This document shows positions 17,032 through 25,721 of a DNA stretch of 32,000 bases, one piece after another. The position numbers and the translations under genes are program-made. Source of the DNA: Candidatus Omnitrophota bacterium (GTDB taxonomy: Bacteria > Omnitrophota > Gorgyraeia > Zapsychrales > JANLHA01). The DNA lies in contig OY759724.1 in assembly GCA_963662715.1 (NCBI GenBank), forward strand, positions 2,640,001 through 2,672,000, in the 5' to 3' direction. How positions within the stretch are numbered: the stretch's first letter is position 1; each line of letters opens with the position of its first letter. Below the pieces are notes generated by a model. The model saw only the letters and a program-made list of their open reading frames with translations, did not search any database and was not told the origin of the DNA.

Positions 17032-17544
17032 ATGGGAACCAGAGGAAGAGAGATACTGGAGTCTTTAGGAATTAAAATCCCTGAGCTGATTCATTTATTG
17101 AATAAAGCTTATGCCGATGAATGGTTTGCTTATTACCAGTACTGGCTTGGGGCCAAAGTGGCCGTGGGGATCCCGCGTGAAGCCGTTGTCGCCGAGCTGG
17201 TCCAGCACGCCGCGGATGAATTGCGGCACGCCGGGATGGTTGCGGACAGGATCATCCAACTGGGAGGAACCCCGCTGCTTGAACCGCAGGACTGGTACAC
17301 CTCGACAAACTGCGGTTACGATAAGCCCGAGAATCCGGATGTGCGGGTTTTGCTGGATCAGAATATTAAAGGGGAACAATGCGCCATCACCGTCTATAAA
17401 AATTTAATGGATTATACGAAAGATAAAGATCCTGTCACGTATGATATTGCTCTGCAGATTATGACAGATGAAATCGAGCATGAAGAAGATCTGGAAGCGA
17501 TTAAAGAGGATATCAAGATGGCATACGGACAATACAAAAAGTAA
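17032..17544 (+). CDS. DPS-like (DPSL) ferritin-superfamily di-iron antioxidant protein
   Basis: The four-helix-bundle metal ligands follow the pattern E...ELRH ... E...EIEHE. The stretch GEQCAITVYKNLMDYTKDKDPVTYDIALQIMTDEIEHEEDL closely resembles the archaeal/Bacteroides DPSL sequence as I recall it. The SD AAGGAGG is well placed. Confidence 0.75.
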   Translation: MGTRGREILESLGIKIPELIHLLNKAYADEWFAYYQYWLGAKVAVGIPREAVVAELVQHAADELRHAGMVADRIIQLGGTPLLEPQDWYTSTNCGYDKPENPDVRVLLDQNIKGEQCAITVYKNLMDYTKDKDPVTYDIALQIMTDEIEHEEDLEAIKEDIKMAYGQYKK

Positions 17545-17571
17545 CGGGTGCTTCCCGTCATATTTTTTATA

Positions 17572-17602
17572 AGAGGCACATAACTATGTGCCTCTTTTTT
17601 TG
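17572..17602 (+). terminator. Rho-independent terminator, possibly bidirectional between convergent genes
   Basis: A perfect 9-bp stem agaggcaca/tgtgcctct, a 6-nt loop, then T7. An A-rich tract on the other side (ttttttataag) could serve the convergent MCP gene. Confidence 0.75.
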
Positions 17603-17697
17603 CCTTAAAAGGACATGCGCTTCAGCCGCCGGGGCGGTTTGAATCTATTGATGATTTTGCGGAAAGGGAAGAATGCGTGTTGTCAGGCCGTTTTGGC

Positions 17698-19176
17698 TCA
17701 TTCCTGGATTTTGAATTTTTTGACCAGCCCCTTCAGCAATAATGCCTTGTCGTATAAGTTCCGGGCGGACTCGGCCAGATCAGCGGAGGACATCGTGAAG
17801 GCCTGAGTAATGCCGGAGTTCGAGTCCATGGCGATCTGCTGCTCTTCGGTCGTCTCCGTAATGTCCCGGATCTGTTGGGCAATGGATGTCATGGCCGCAA
17901 CAATTTTCTTGACATCTTCGCTGGCTTTTCGTGAGAGAGAAACGCTCTCTGCGACCTGCTGCAAACTGTCATGGATAACGTTTGTGATCCCCTGTGCTGA
18001 TACGGCACTGCGTTCGGCGAGTTTCCGCACTTCATCGGCCACAACGGCGAAGCCTTTCCCGTGTTCGCCGGCACGGGCCGCTTCAATAGCGGCGTTTAAG
18101 GCCAGAAGATTTGTCTGTTCCGCAATTTCCGTAATGACATCAACGATTTTGTTGATCTCTTTAAAACAAAGCTCTACAGAATTAATGGCCATCGTTGAGC
18201 TATCCATGGCTTGTCCGGTTTCTTCGGCCCTGACGGCGGCCTGGCTGGAAAGTTTGACGACTTCCCGCGCTTTTGACGTGTTTTCCTCCACCGAAGCAGA
18301 GAGTTCTTCGAAGCTCGAAGCTTGCTGTGTCGCCCCTTCCGAAATGGAATTGGCGCCGACGGCAATTTTTTTGCAGTCAGCTGAAAGGCTGTCGGCCGAC
18401 ACCTTGACATTAAGGAGGAGATTTTGAATTTTTTCACAGAACATGTTGAAAGCAGCCGAAAGCTTCCCGGCCTCATCTCCGCTTTCGCAGGCGATCCGTT
18501 TTGTTAAATCGCCTTCTCCCCGGGCGATGTTCTGCAACATTCCCGCGACTTTTTTGATGGGGCTGGCGATGCTCTTGTCAAGCCAGAAAACCAGGGCGCC
18601 GCCTAATAAAGCGGCTATCGTTGTCAGAAAAACATTAAACCAGAGGGTGCTGCGGGCGATGATATTCACCCTCCCCAGAGATTGTGACATATGACGCATA
18701 TCTTCTTCCTGGAAATCATCAAGAAGGAGATGGATTTTCTCACTGTTTAACCGGACCGAAAAGGAGGATCCCGGGCCAGGGCCTGCCGTGGGCTGTGTTT
18801 TATGCAAATAATTCAGGTGTTTATGAAATAATTCTTTTATTTCAGAGAGTTCCCTAAGACGGGTTTCGTTGTCTTTGAGGTCTTCTTCGAGTTCAGAAAG
18901 GTTGCGAAGAAATCTCTCTTCGAGAATTTTTAATTTTTTCAGATCCCCGGGGTTTGGCGACGCAGGCCCTTGAGTGTGAATTTGCTGCATTTTGAGGACC
19001 GTTTCTTTCATGTCCGTGCCGTAATTCAGATGGGTGAAATCGTGATGCTCAACACAGTGGGTATTTTCTTGAATTTCCAGCAGCGTATAAATACTGCAGA
19101 TGCAGACGGTCATTAAAAATAAGAAAATGATTCCGGATGAAAAGAATAATTTTGTCTGAATATTCCAGTTTTTCAT
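17698..19176 (-). CDS. Methyl-accepting chemotaxis protein (HAMP plus MA domain)
   Basis: The conserved hairpin [39 protein letters not shown] is present. There are two TM segments ([16 protein letters not shown] and [17 protein letters not shown]) and a HAMP region. Confidence 0.85.
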   Translation of the reverse strand: MKNWNIQTKLFFSSGIIFLFLMTVCICSIYTLLEIQENTHCVEHHDFTHLNYGTDMKETVLKMQQIHTQGPASPNPGDLKKLKILEERFLRNLSELEEDLKDNETRLRELSEIKELFHKHLNYLHKTQPTAGPGPGSSFSVRLNSEKIHLLLDDFQEEDMRHMSQSLGRVNIIARSTLWFNVFLTTIAALLGGALVFWLDKSIASPIKKVAGMLQNIARGEGDLTKRIACESGDEAGKLSAAFNMFCEKIQNLLLNVKVSADSLSADCKKIAVGANSISEGATQQASSFEELSASVEENTSKAREVVKLSSQAAVRAEETGQAMDSSTMAINSVELCFKEINKIVDVITEIAEQTNLLALNAAIEAARAGEHGKGFAVVADEVRKLAERSAVSAQGITNVIHDSLQQVAESVSLSRKASEDVKKIVAAMTSIAQQIRDITETTEEQQIAMDSNSGITQAFTMSSADLAESARNLYDKALLLKGLVKKFKIQE

Positions 19177-19675
19177 GTCGAGGATATTACAGTCTTTGTC
19201 CCTTTTCCTGGGGGCAGTGATTATTTGTCAAAACCAAGGATGCTCTTTAATCCTGAACGAAAAGATAGTTCAGCGCATCTCGGCCGGGGTGAAGGGGGCG
19301 TATAATAGAAGAAGAGGCAAGAAAAGAACTCATTCCCGCAGGCTTTGCCGTGTTATAATGCCGGGAGACACTGAAAATGATGTCCCAATAAATCATTCCG
19401 ATCGTTAGCGTTACAGTTATATTATTCTAAACACAAATGAACCGGCAATCTATGAATTTTTTTCTTTTTTGCCCCTTATCATATCTTTTTGCCGCCCGGA
19501 AGTATAAGGCGATCTTTTTTTTTCGCCTTTTAGTTAAAATGGATGTTGTTCATGAATAATATTTTTTAAAAGAGTGTTAGATATAAGGGCCTTGCAACGT
19601 CTTAAATAGTAACAAGGCTTTTTGTTTTTTTGGGGTGAAAATCTATTAATATCAAAATCGTTTCAGGAGGTGACT

Positions 19676-22600
19676 ATGGGATTGAGAATTCGAATAGTGT
19701 TCGTGGCCGTATTGTTATCATTCTTCCTGACTGGTGTCTGCGCTGCCGGTTTGGTCTATCAGGATTTTGAGGAAGGCAACGGCTCCGGGACATACGGGTG
19801 GGGATTTAATTCTGCCGTTACGGAATTTTCGGCAGGAGAGGAGCCTGTTTATTCCGGGGCGCGTTCGTGGAAGATAACATCTCCCGGGGACTGGGGGGGC
19901 ACGGGCATCGCTTCCCAGGTGCAGACCTGGGACATGGATTTTGAGCCTGACCGGCACGACCGTCTGGTCTTTTGGGTTTATGCCCTTCCGGAAGAGACGA
20001 GCGAGAGCCTGGATAATGGCGTGGCCGTGAAGTTTTTTGACCGGGAGGATTACCGGAGCTCCGGCTTTGAAGTCTGGACAAGTAAGGCGGCAAAATACGG
20101 GGAATGGACACAGCTTTCGGTTCTTTTTTCCCAGCTTCCGGACGGATTCAATCTTAACAGAATAGACAAGATAGAATTCGTCAATGAAAATCCCGGCACA
20201 TATTATCTGGATGATATCCATGTCGTTTCCGCTGACCGGACATATCAGTCTTTTGAGCCGATTCTTTATGACCCTTATTTTACCGGTGAGGAATATGAAA
20301 AATACGGCTGGGCCTGGTTCGGGATCGTGGATCTTTTTGTCGATGATCAGATTGTCCAGGAAGGACAGCAGTCCTGGATGCTGGACACGCATGACCTCAT
20401 GGGAGGGACAGGGGTCAAATCCCAGGAAAAGAAATTTGTTGATAATGAACAGTCTCCCTGGTACGTGGATTTGCTGGGGGTTCGGGATCCGCTTTTACCG
20501 GAGGACAGCCCGTATGACCGGGTGACATTTTGGGTTTATTCCCTGGCAGAGAACGGATTGGATAATAATATCGGCATGCAGTTTTTTGACCACAATTACT
20601 GGGTGGAGGATTTGGAAAATCCGGAGGAACGCAATCCGTTTATATTGTGGACCGAAGGGACGGCTGATTACGGGGAGTGGAAAAGATTCACGGTCAAGTT
20701 CGATGAACTGCATTCTGGCGATCCTGCCGAACCGCCGGTGGATTTGCAGAATCTTAATAAGATCCAGTTTCAGGTGTACTGGCGAGGACGTTATTTCTTC
20801 GATGACATTCGGGCGACGAAACCGTTCCCGGAGATCGATAGAATATCCTTAAAAGACGGCACAGCCGAATGGAACACAATAGCCGGGGCGGATATTTATG
20901 TCTTGCAGCAAAGTTCAGCGGGGGCGAATGGCCCGTGGGAAACGATTTATGAAGGGCCTAGCACAAACGTTCCGGTCAGCAGGGTTTCCCAAGTCTGGTT
21001 ACGGGTCGCCTGGAAAGAAGCGGTAGACCCGGCGAGCAATCCCGTCCCTTACATGTCGGATTGGAGCGATGTGGCCAGTTATACACCGGCGCCGGTCCTT
21101 ATCAGTAAGGACGCATTGAAACAGGGCACCCTGCAATGGTCTGATCTGCCCCAGGCCACGCAATATGAGGTTGAGATGGCCAGCAGTAAACGCGGTCCGT
21201 GGATTCCTGTTTATAACGGGCCTTATACAACACTTGCGGCAGCAACCGGGATATGGTACCGGGCCAGAGCGCTTATTGAGGACAGCGGGGCTGTCGTGGA
21301 TACGGGCGAATGGAGTCCGGCGCAGACCTACACGCCGGGGACAGGATACATTAAGGCTGTTGGAAAGATTCTTAAAGAAGAGGACGGAACAGGAGATAAT
21401 ATTATTCTCCGGGGCGTGAATTTGGGGAATTATCTTCTGATAGAACCCTGGATGACCGGAATAACTCTTGATACGAACCAGAGAACGGAAGATGACTGGA
21501 ATATCCGGGAGGAGTTGATCCAGCGTTTCGGGGCCCAGGAAGCCGACCGTTTGCTGGGAATCTATCAGGATGCCTATATCACGGAAACAGACCTGAACCA
21601 CATCCTGCGAAGCGGAGCCAATTTGATCAGGCTTCCTATTTACTACCGGGCGCTCCGGGAGCTTGATGAAAATACCGGGGAATGGGTTGCCGGCACAGAT
21701 TATAATTTTGACAAGATAGATGCTGTTGTGAATCTCTGCGCTGACCGGGGTATTTATGTCCTGCTGGATTTGCACGGCGCTCCGGGTGCGCAGAGCAAGG
21801 AATTTCATTCCGGCCGTACTTCGGCAGAAAGTCCGGGCCAGGGATTTTATCATAAATTGTTTGACCCGACAGATGATACGTACCGGCAGAGAACCACAGA
21901 GCTTTGGCAGGCTTTAGCGGATTATTACAAAGATAATACGACAGTCGTGGGGTATGATCTTTTGAACGAACCCTTCGGAGCCGTCGATGCGTATTATTAC
22001 GCCAATTATCATGATGGGTTAACGGCGCTATGGACTCTCTATGATCAGCTGTATGACGCCATTCGCGCCATAGACCCCCATCACCTTATCGTGATGGAAG
22101 CGATCCCCAGTGACAAAGACTGGGAAACTTTGCCTGACCCGGACGGGTACGGCTGGACAAATGTCATGTATCAATTCCACTACTACGGGTTCAAGCTTGA
22201 CGAAAACGGCAGCATCAACGGCGTGCTCGATGCGGATCAGCAGAAGGCCTATTTGGTCAGCGGGAATGACCCGGAGTGTGCTGTGTACCCGGATGATGAT
22301 AAGTTCTGCGGAAAGGTTTTTTATTCTCAACAGGACGAATATGATGTCCCCGTCCTCATCGGGGAGTTCAACGGGTTTGATCAGCGGGAAGTTTGGGACC
22401 TGTTTTTAACGACGTTCAATAAACAGGCCTGGAACTGGACGATGTGGTCTTACAAGCATCACCCCAAAAGAGAATCATGGGGGTTATATACGCATGTGAA
22501 TTATGATGAGGATGCTCCCAACGTCAGTCTCGATGACACCGCCACTTTAGAAACAAAATTGGCAAAATATGATACTTTTGTTCACCATGAACCGAATGTG

Positions 22601-23446
22601 ACTTTAAACAAAGTCCTTAAAAATTATTTGACCCAGCAAACCCTTGTTACCCAACCGGCTCTGGCGGGCCGCACCGCCGATGAAGTCAATCATCGTTGGT
22701 CTTCCGTTGACTTTGCGGACCGTTTTAAGAAAAAACCGGTGTTGGTGGCAGGAATTGAAACATATAACGGCCCCAATACTGCGGGCTTGAGAATCAAAAG
22801 CCTGAACAAAGGACGATTTAAAGTGAAAATCGAAGAGGAGCAGTCAGGGGACCCGGAAACAATTCATACGACAGAAGTCGTGAGTTATCTGGCCCTGGAG
22901 CCGGGTATTGTTCTGGATGATACGGGCACGGTTATCGGTGAAGCAGGAAGCGTCACGGCCTATCAACGCAACGGCGCCCAGTGGCATACGGTTACGCTGG
23001 AGCAGGAATATTCCAATCCCGTTGTTCTGATGCAGATGACAACCTATCATGGCCGCCAGCCTTCTCATATCCGTTTAAGGAATGTTTCCGGCCATTCCTT
23101 TGAGTATCAAATCGAAGAATGGGATTATCTGGATCAGTGGCATTTAACCGAGAAAATCAGTTATGTCGTTTTAGAACAGGGCGTTCACACTCTTACCAAC
23201 GGCCAGACTATTGACGTGGGCACCGTGGATACGGATGAAAACTGGATAACGGTCCCGTATGCCGCGAGTTTTAATGCGGCTCCGGCCACAATAAGCCACT
23301 GTCAAACGTATAATGCCGGACAGGCTGTGATCACGCGCGAACAGAATGTGTCAAACAGCAGTTTTGAAGTCAAGCTGCAGGAAGAGGAGGGCGGAGCAGG
23401 TCCTCATCCGGTGGAGACAATCGGCTACATTGCCGTTGAGTTATAG
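19676..23446 (+). CDS. Secreted multidomain glycoside hydrolase family 5 enzyme (2 CBM-like, 2 FN3-like, GH5, 3 H-type-lectin-like repeats)
   Basis: GH5 signatures: RGVNLGN, RLPIYY, LLDLHGAPG, the acid/base motif YDLLNEP (E codon 21968-21970) and the nucleophile motif IGEFNG (E codon 22364-22366). The start is taken at ATG 19676 (MGLRIRIVFVAVLLSFFLTGVCAA), with AGGAGGTGA upstream, not the track's 19622. Confidence 0.8.
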   Translation: MGLRIRIVFVAVLLSFFLTGVCAAGLVYQDFEEGNGSGTYGWGFNSAVTEFSAGEEPVYSGARSWKITSPGDWGGTGIASQVQTWDMDFEPDRHDRLVFWVYALPEETSESLDNGVAVKFFDREDYRSSGFEVWTSKAAKYGEWTQLSVLFSQLPDGFNLNRIDKIEFVNENPGTYYLDDIHVVSADRTYQSFEPILYDPYFTGEEYEKYGWAWFGIVDLFVDDQIVQEGQQSWMLDTHDLMGGTGVKSQEKKFVDNEQSPWYVDLLGVRDPLLPEDSPYDRVTFWVYSLAENGLDNNIGMQFFDHNYWVEDLENPEERNPFILWTEGTADYGEWKRFTVKFDELHSGDPAEPPVDLQNLNKIQFQVYWRGRYFFDDIRATKPFPEIDRISLKDGTAEWNTIAGADIYVLQQSSAGANGPWETIYEGPSTNVPVSRVSQVWLRVAWKEAVDPASNPVPYMSDWSDVASYTPAPVLISKDALKQGTLQWSDLPQATQYEVEMASSKRGPWIPVYNGPYTTLAAATGIWYRARALIEDSGAVVDTGEWSPAQTYTPGTGYIKAVGKILKEEDGTGDNIILRGVNLGNYLLIEPWMTGITLDTNQRTEDDWNIREELIQRFGAQEADRLLGIYQDAYITETDLNHILRSGANLIRLPIYYRALRELDENTGEWVAGTDYNFDKIDAVVNLCADRGIYVLLDLHGAPGAQSKEFHSGRTSAESPGQGFYHKLFDPTDDTYRQRTTELWQALADYYKDNTTVVGYDLLNEPFGAVDAYYYANYHDGLTALWTLYDQLYDAIRAIDPHHLIVMEAIPSDKDWETLPDPDGYGWTNVMYQFHYYGFKLDENGSINGVLDADQQKAYLVSGNDPECAVYPDDDKFCGKVFYSQQDEYDVPVLIGEFNGFDQREVWDLFLTTFNKQAWNWTMWSYKHHPKRESWGLYTHVNYDEDAPNVSLDDTATLETKLAKYDTFVHHEPNVTLNKVLKNYLTQQTLVTQPALAGRTADEVNHRWSSVDFADRFKKKPVLVAGIETYNGPNTAGLRIKSLNKGRFKVKIEEEQSGDPETIHTTEVVSYLALEPGIVLDDTGTVIGEAGSVTAYQRNGAQWHTVTLEQEYSNPVVLMQMTTYHGRQPSHIRLRNVSGHSFEYQIEEWDYLDQWHLTEKISYVVLEQGVHTLTNGQTIDVGTVDTDENWITVPYAASFNAAPATISHCQTYNAGQAVITREQNVSNSSFEVKLQEEEGGAGPHPVETIGYIAVEL

Positions 23447-23469
23447 TCTTCTAATTGTTTGCTTTATGC

Positions 23470-23522
23470 CGGGAGTCCTAAGATGTTTTATTTTATAACA
23501 TTGGGGCTCCCGTCGTTTTTTT
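23470..23522 (+). terminator. Probable rho-independent terminator
   Basis: A long interrupted hairpin. The outer stem is cgggagtcct/ggggctcccg (two G-U pairs) and the inner stem is atgtt/aacat. It is followed by tcg and T7, and begins 24 nt after the GH5 stop. Confidence 0.55.
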
Positions 23523-23560
23523 CTGAATTGTGTTTTTCGATAAGATTACAAGAAAAAATT

Positions 23561-23582
23561 ATGCTTTATTTTTATAAAGCAT
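23561..23582. promoter_or_regulatory. Perfect 9-bp inverted repeat ATGCTTTAT-N4-ATAAAGCAT, candidate operator upstream of the TonB-dependent receptor gene
   Basis: Read directly from the sequence. It ends 58 nt before ATG 23640 in an AT-rich putative promoter region. The binding protein is unknown. Confidence 0.3.
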
Positions 23583-23639
23583 TGTATTAAAATAGCTTAA
23601 ATATTGTTAGCGCTATTTTGTAAGGATATATGATTTTTT

Positions 23640-25526
23640 ATGAAACCCCGTTTACTTGCTTTGAGCTTACTGTTTTTTTTCTTCCTGCCACTGTCTTTTT
23701 CTCACGCTGCCGAACAGAATGATTCTCAGGAAAAATCAATTATTTACCTTAAACCGATCATTGTTTCTGCCAAACGCACGGAGTCTTTTGGGCTGGAGGA
23801 ATCGTATGTCGCAGAAAACGCCACAGTGATCACCCGGGATGAGATAAATAATTTGCCTGCCCGTAATTTAACTGAAGCCTTGCGATATGTCCCCGGAGTG
23901 GATATAGCTCCAGGGTTTAAATTCGGTCAGGCTTCTGCGGTGACTATTCATGGTTCCAATGCCAGACATGTTTTACTGATGGTTGATGATATCCCTTTTA
24001 ATACGCATCTCTCCGGCCAGGCCAATCCCACACAGATTCCGTTAATGAATGTCAAACAAATAGAAGTTATCAAAGGCGCTTCTTCCAGCGCCTGGGGATC
24101 AAGTTTGGGAGGGGTGATCAATGTCCTGACGCAGGATGTCGGGGACACCGCTGTCCCGAAAATATCTTTAAAAGAAACGTATGCGGAATATGAGACAACA
24201 CAGCATGACTTGAATTTGTCCGGAAAGATTCAAGATGCCGGATATCTTTTGAGCGGCAGCTTTTTTTCAGCCGACGGGATAGGAGCCAATGATGATGTGA
24301 AGGAAAGCAAATTTTTTGGAAAAATAGCGCAGCCCCTGGGTGAGGATTTTAATATTTCCGCTTCGTTCGGCTACAGCGGGGCCAAGGCTGTGGATGAAGT
24401 CATCCGCAGTCATCGTTTATATGAGAGGCCTTATCAAGCCCGTTATGGGAAACTGCAATTGGGATACGAGCCGCGGGATGATTTCAACTGTAAAATAGCC
24501 TATAAATATAACAACCAGGACATCTCAACAGATATCTACAACACTCTAACTGCCCAGCAGCTGTCTTCCACTGTAAGCCATCATGTCTTTCACGGCCTGT
24601 CCCTGAACGCGGATTACCGCTTTGAAAATGATGACCTGCTGGTGGCGGGCGCTGATTTTGAATGGCAGGAGATAAAATCCAATAATTACTTAACGAGCAG
24701 CCAGGACATCAGCATACAGGCGCCTTATATGAATTACACGTTTCAGCAGGAGCGTTGGGAGCTCATCCCGGGGATAAGATTTGATAATGCTGACCGTTTC
24801 GGAAATCAATGGAGTCCCAGTCTGGGGTATGTTTACCATTTCAATTCAAATACTCTGGGCCGGGCCAAGGTGGCCCGTGACTTTAATGCCCCGCCGTTAT
24901 TATGGATTTTTAATGATGACCCGACTCTTTTGGTCGGTCCGAATCCTGATTTAAAAGCCGAAAGGGGTATTTTGTACGAACTGGGCCTTGAAACAGAGGT
25001 GAAGAAACTGAACGCCAAGCTGAACTGGTATTGGGCGGACATTAAGGATGCTTTGAATATTGTTTTTAACAGTGATCTGGGGGTTTTCCGGGCGGAAAAT
25101 GTCCGTAAGTTCCGCCGGCAGGGGGTCGAAGGGAACCTGAGGTATAAGCTTTCACCGGAATGGCAAATTTACGGAAACGCGGGATTTAATCATTCCGTCA
25201 ACCGCACGACCCGGCAGATTGTCCGCGGGAACGGAACGGCCCGGCAGAGTTTTCAGTTGGGTGTCCAATATAAACATGATAAAGGATTCGGATGTCATTT
25301 ATTGGGTTCCTATAACCGCTGGGACTCTGTCCCCTCCCAGGAGCCTAATGATAGAAAACCTGTTTTTGATTTAAAGGTGACCCAGGATTTCAAGCGGATA
25401 TTTCATCACACAGATGTGCAGTTTTTTGTTCATGTTTATAATATTGCCAACAGCAAATACTGGTCTGATATTTCTTTCCCTGACCCTGAGCGTTATTTTG
25501 AAGGCGGTTTTGTGCTCAGCTTTTGA
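23640..25526 (+). CDS. TonB-dependent outer-membrane receptor (small, BtuB-sized, 628 aa)
   Basis: There is a signal peptide. The plug domain reads VITRDEINNLPARNLTEALRYVPGVDI...IHGSNARHVLLMVDDIPFN...IEVIKGASSSAWGSSLGGVINVLT. A long beta-barrel follows, with a terminal aromatic residue (...GGFVLSF). Confidence 0.85.
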   Translation: MKPRLLALSLLFFFFLPLSFSHAAEQNDSQEKSIIYLKPIIVSAKRTESFGLEESYVAENATVITRDEINNLPARNLTEALRYVPGVDIAPGFKFGQASAVTIHGSNARHVLLMVDDIPFNTHLSGQANPTQIPLMNVKQIEVIKGASSSAWGSSLGGVINVLTQDVGDTAVPKISLKETYAEYETTQHDLNLSGKIQDAGYLLSGSFFSADGIGANDDVKESKFFGKIAQPLGEDFNISASFGYSGAKAVDEVIRSHRLYERPYQARYGKLQLGYEPRDDFNCKIAYKYNNQDISTDIYNTLTAQQLSSTVSHHVFHGLSLNADYRFENDDLLVAGADFEWQEIKSNNYLTSSQDISIQAPYMNYTFQQERWELIPGIRFDNADRFGNQWSPSLGYVYHFNSNTLGRAKVARDFNAPPLLWIFNDDPTLLVGPNPDLKAERGILYELGLETEVKKLNAKLNWYWADIKDALNIVFNSDLGVFRAENVRKFRRQGVEGNLRYKLSPEWQIYGNAGFNHSVNRTTRQIVRGNGTARQSFQLGVQYKHDKGFGCHLLGSYNRWDSVPSQEPNDRKPVFDLKVTQDFKRIFHHTDVQFFVHVYNIANSKYWSDISFPDPERYFEGGFVLSF

Positions 25527-25721
25527 TATTCCCCTGCCTGTAATTTAAGAAATTCCCCTTAAATATGTTATAAATTATTTATTTATTAATATTTTACAAT
25601 AAAAAGTATAAAAAAGTCAGTTCAGGGGTGAATGGCCCTATTTACGAATAAAATTATTGAGTTAAAATAAATAAGAGGATTAGTATTAAAAAAGCCAGAT
25701 ATTTTTATTATTCCATCAGCT

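Noticed and set aside
19175-19559. Small ORFs in the MCP/GH5 intergenic region: the 77-aa track ORF and a 40-aa hydrophobic ORF at 19437-19559.
   Set aside because: They have no SD and an Arg-rich or low-complexity sequence. The region is more plausibly non-coding (see the leader/sRNA finding).
19718-21853. Long antisense ORFs (224 aa, 97 aa, 284 aa) inside the GH5 gene.
   Set aside because: The plus-strand frame carries clear GH5 and repeat-domain motifs throughout. The antisense products have a biased Arg/Pro/Gly composition typical of shadow frames.
23447-23639. Looked for a cobalamin riboswitch upstream of the BtuB-sized TonB-dependent receptor.
   Set aside because: I found no B12-box-like GCCACTG core and no extended conserved stems. 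The region is AT-rich, with only a terminator and one palindrome. It cannot be fully excluded without Infernal.
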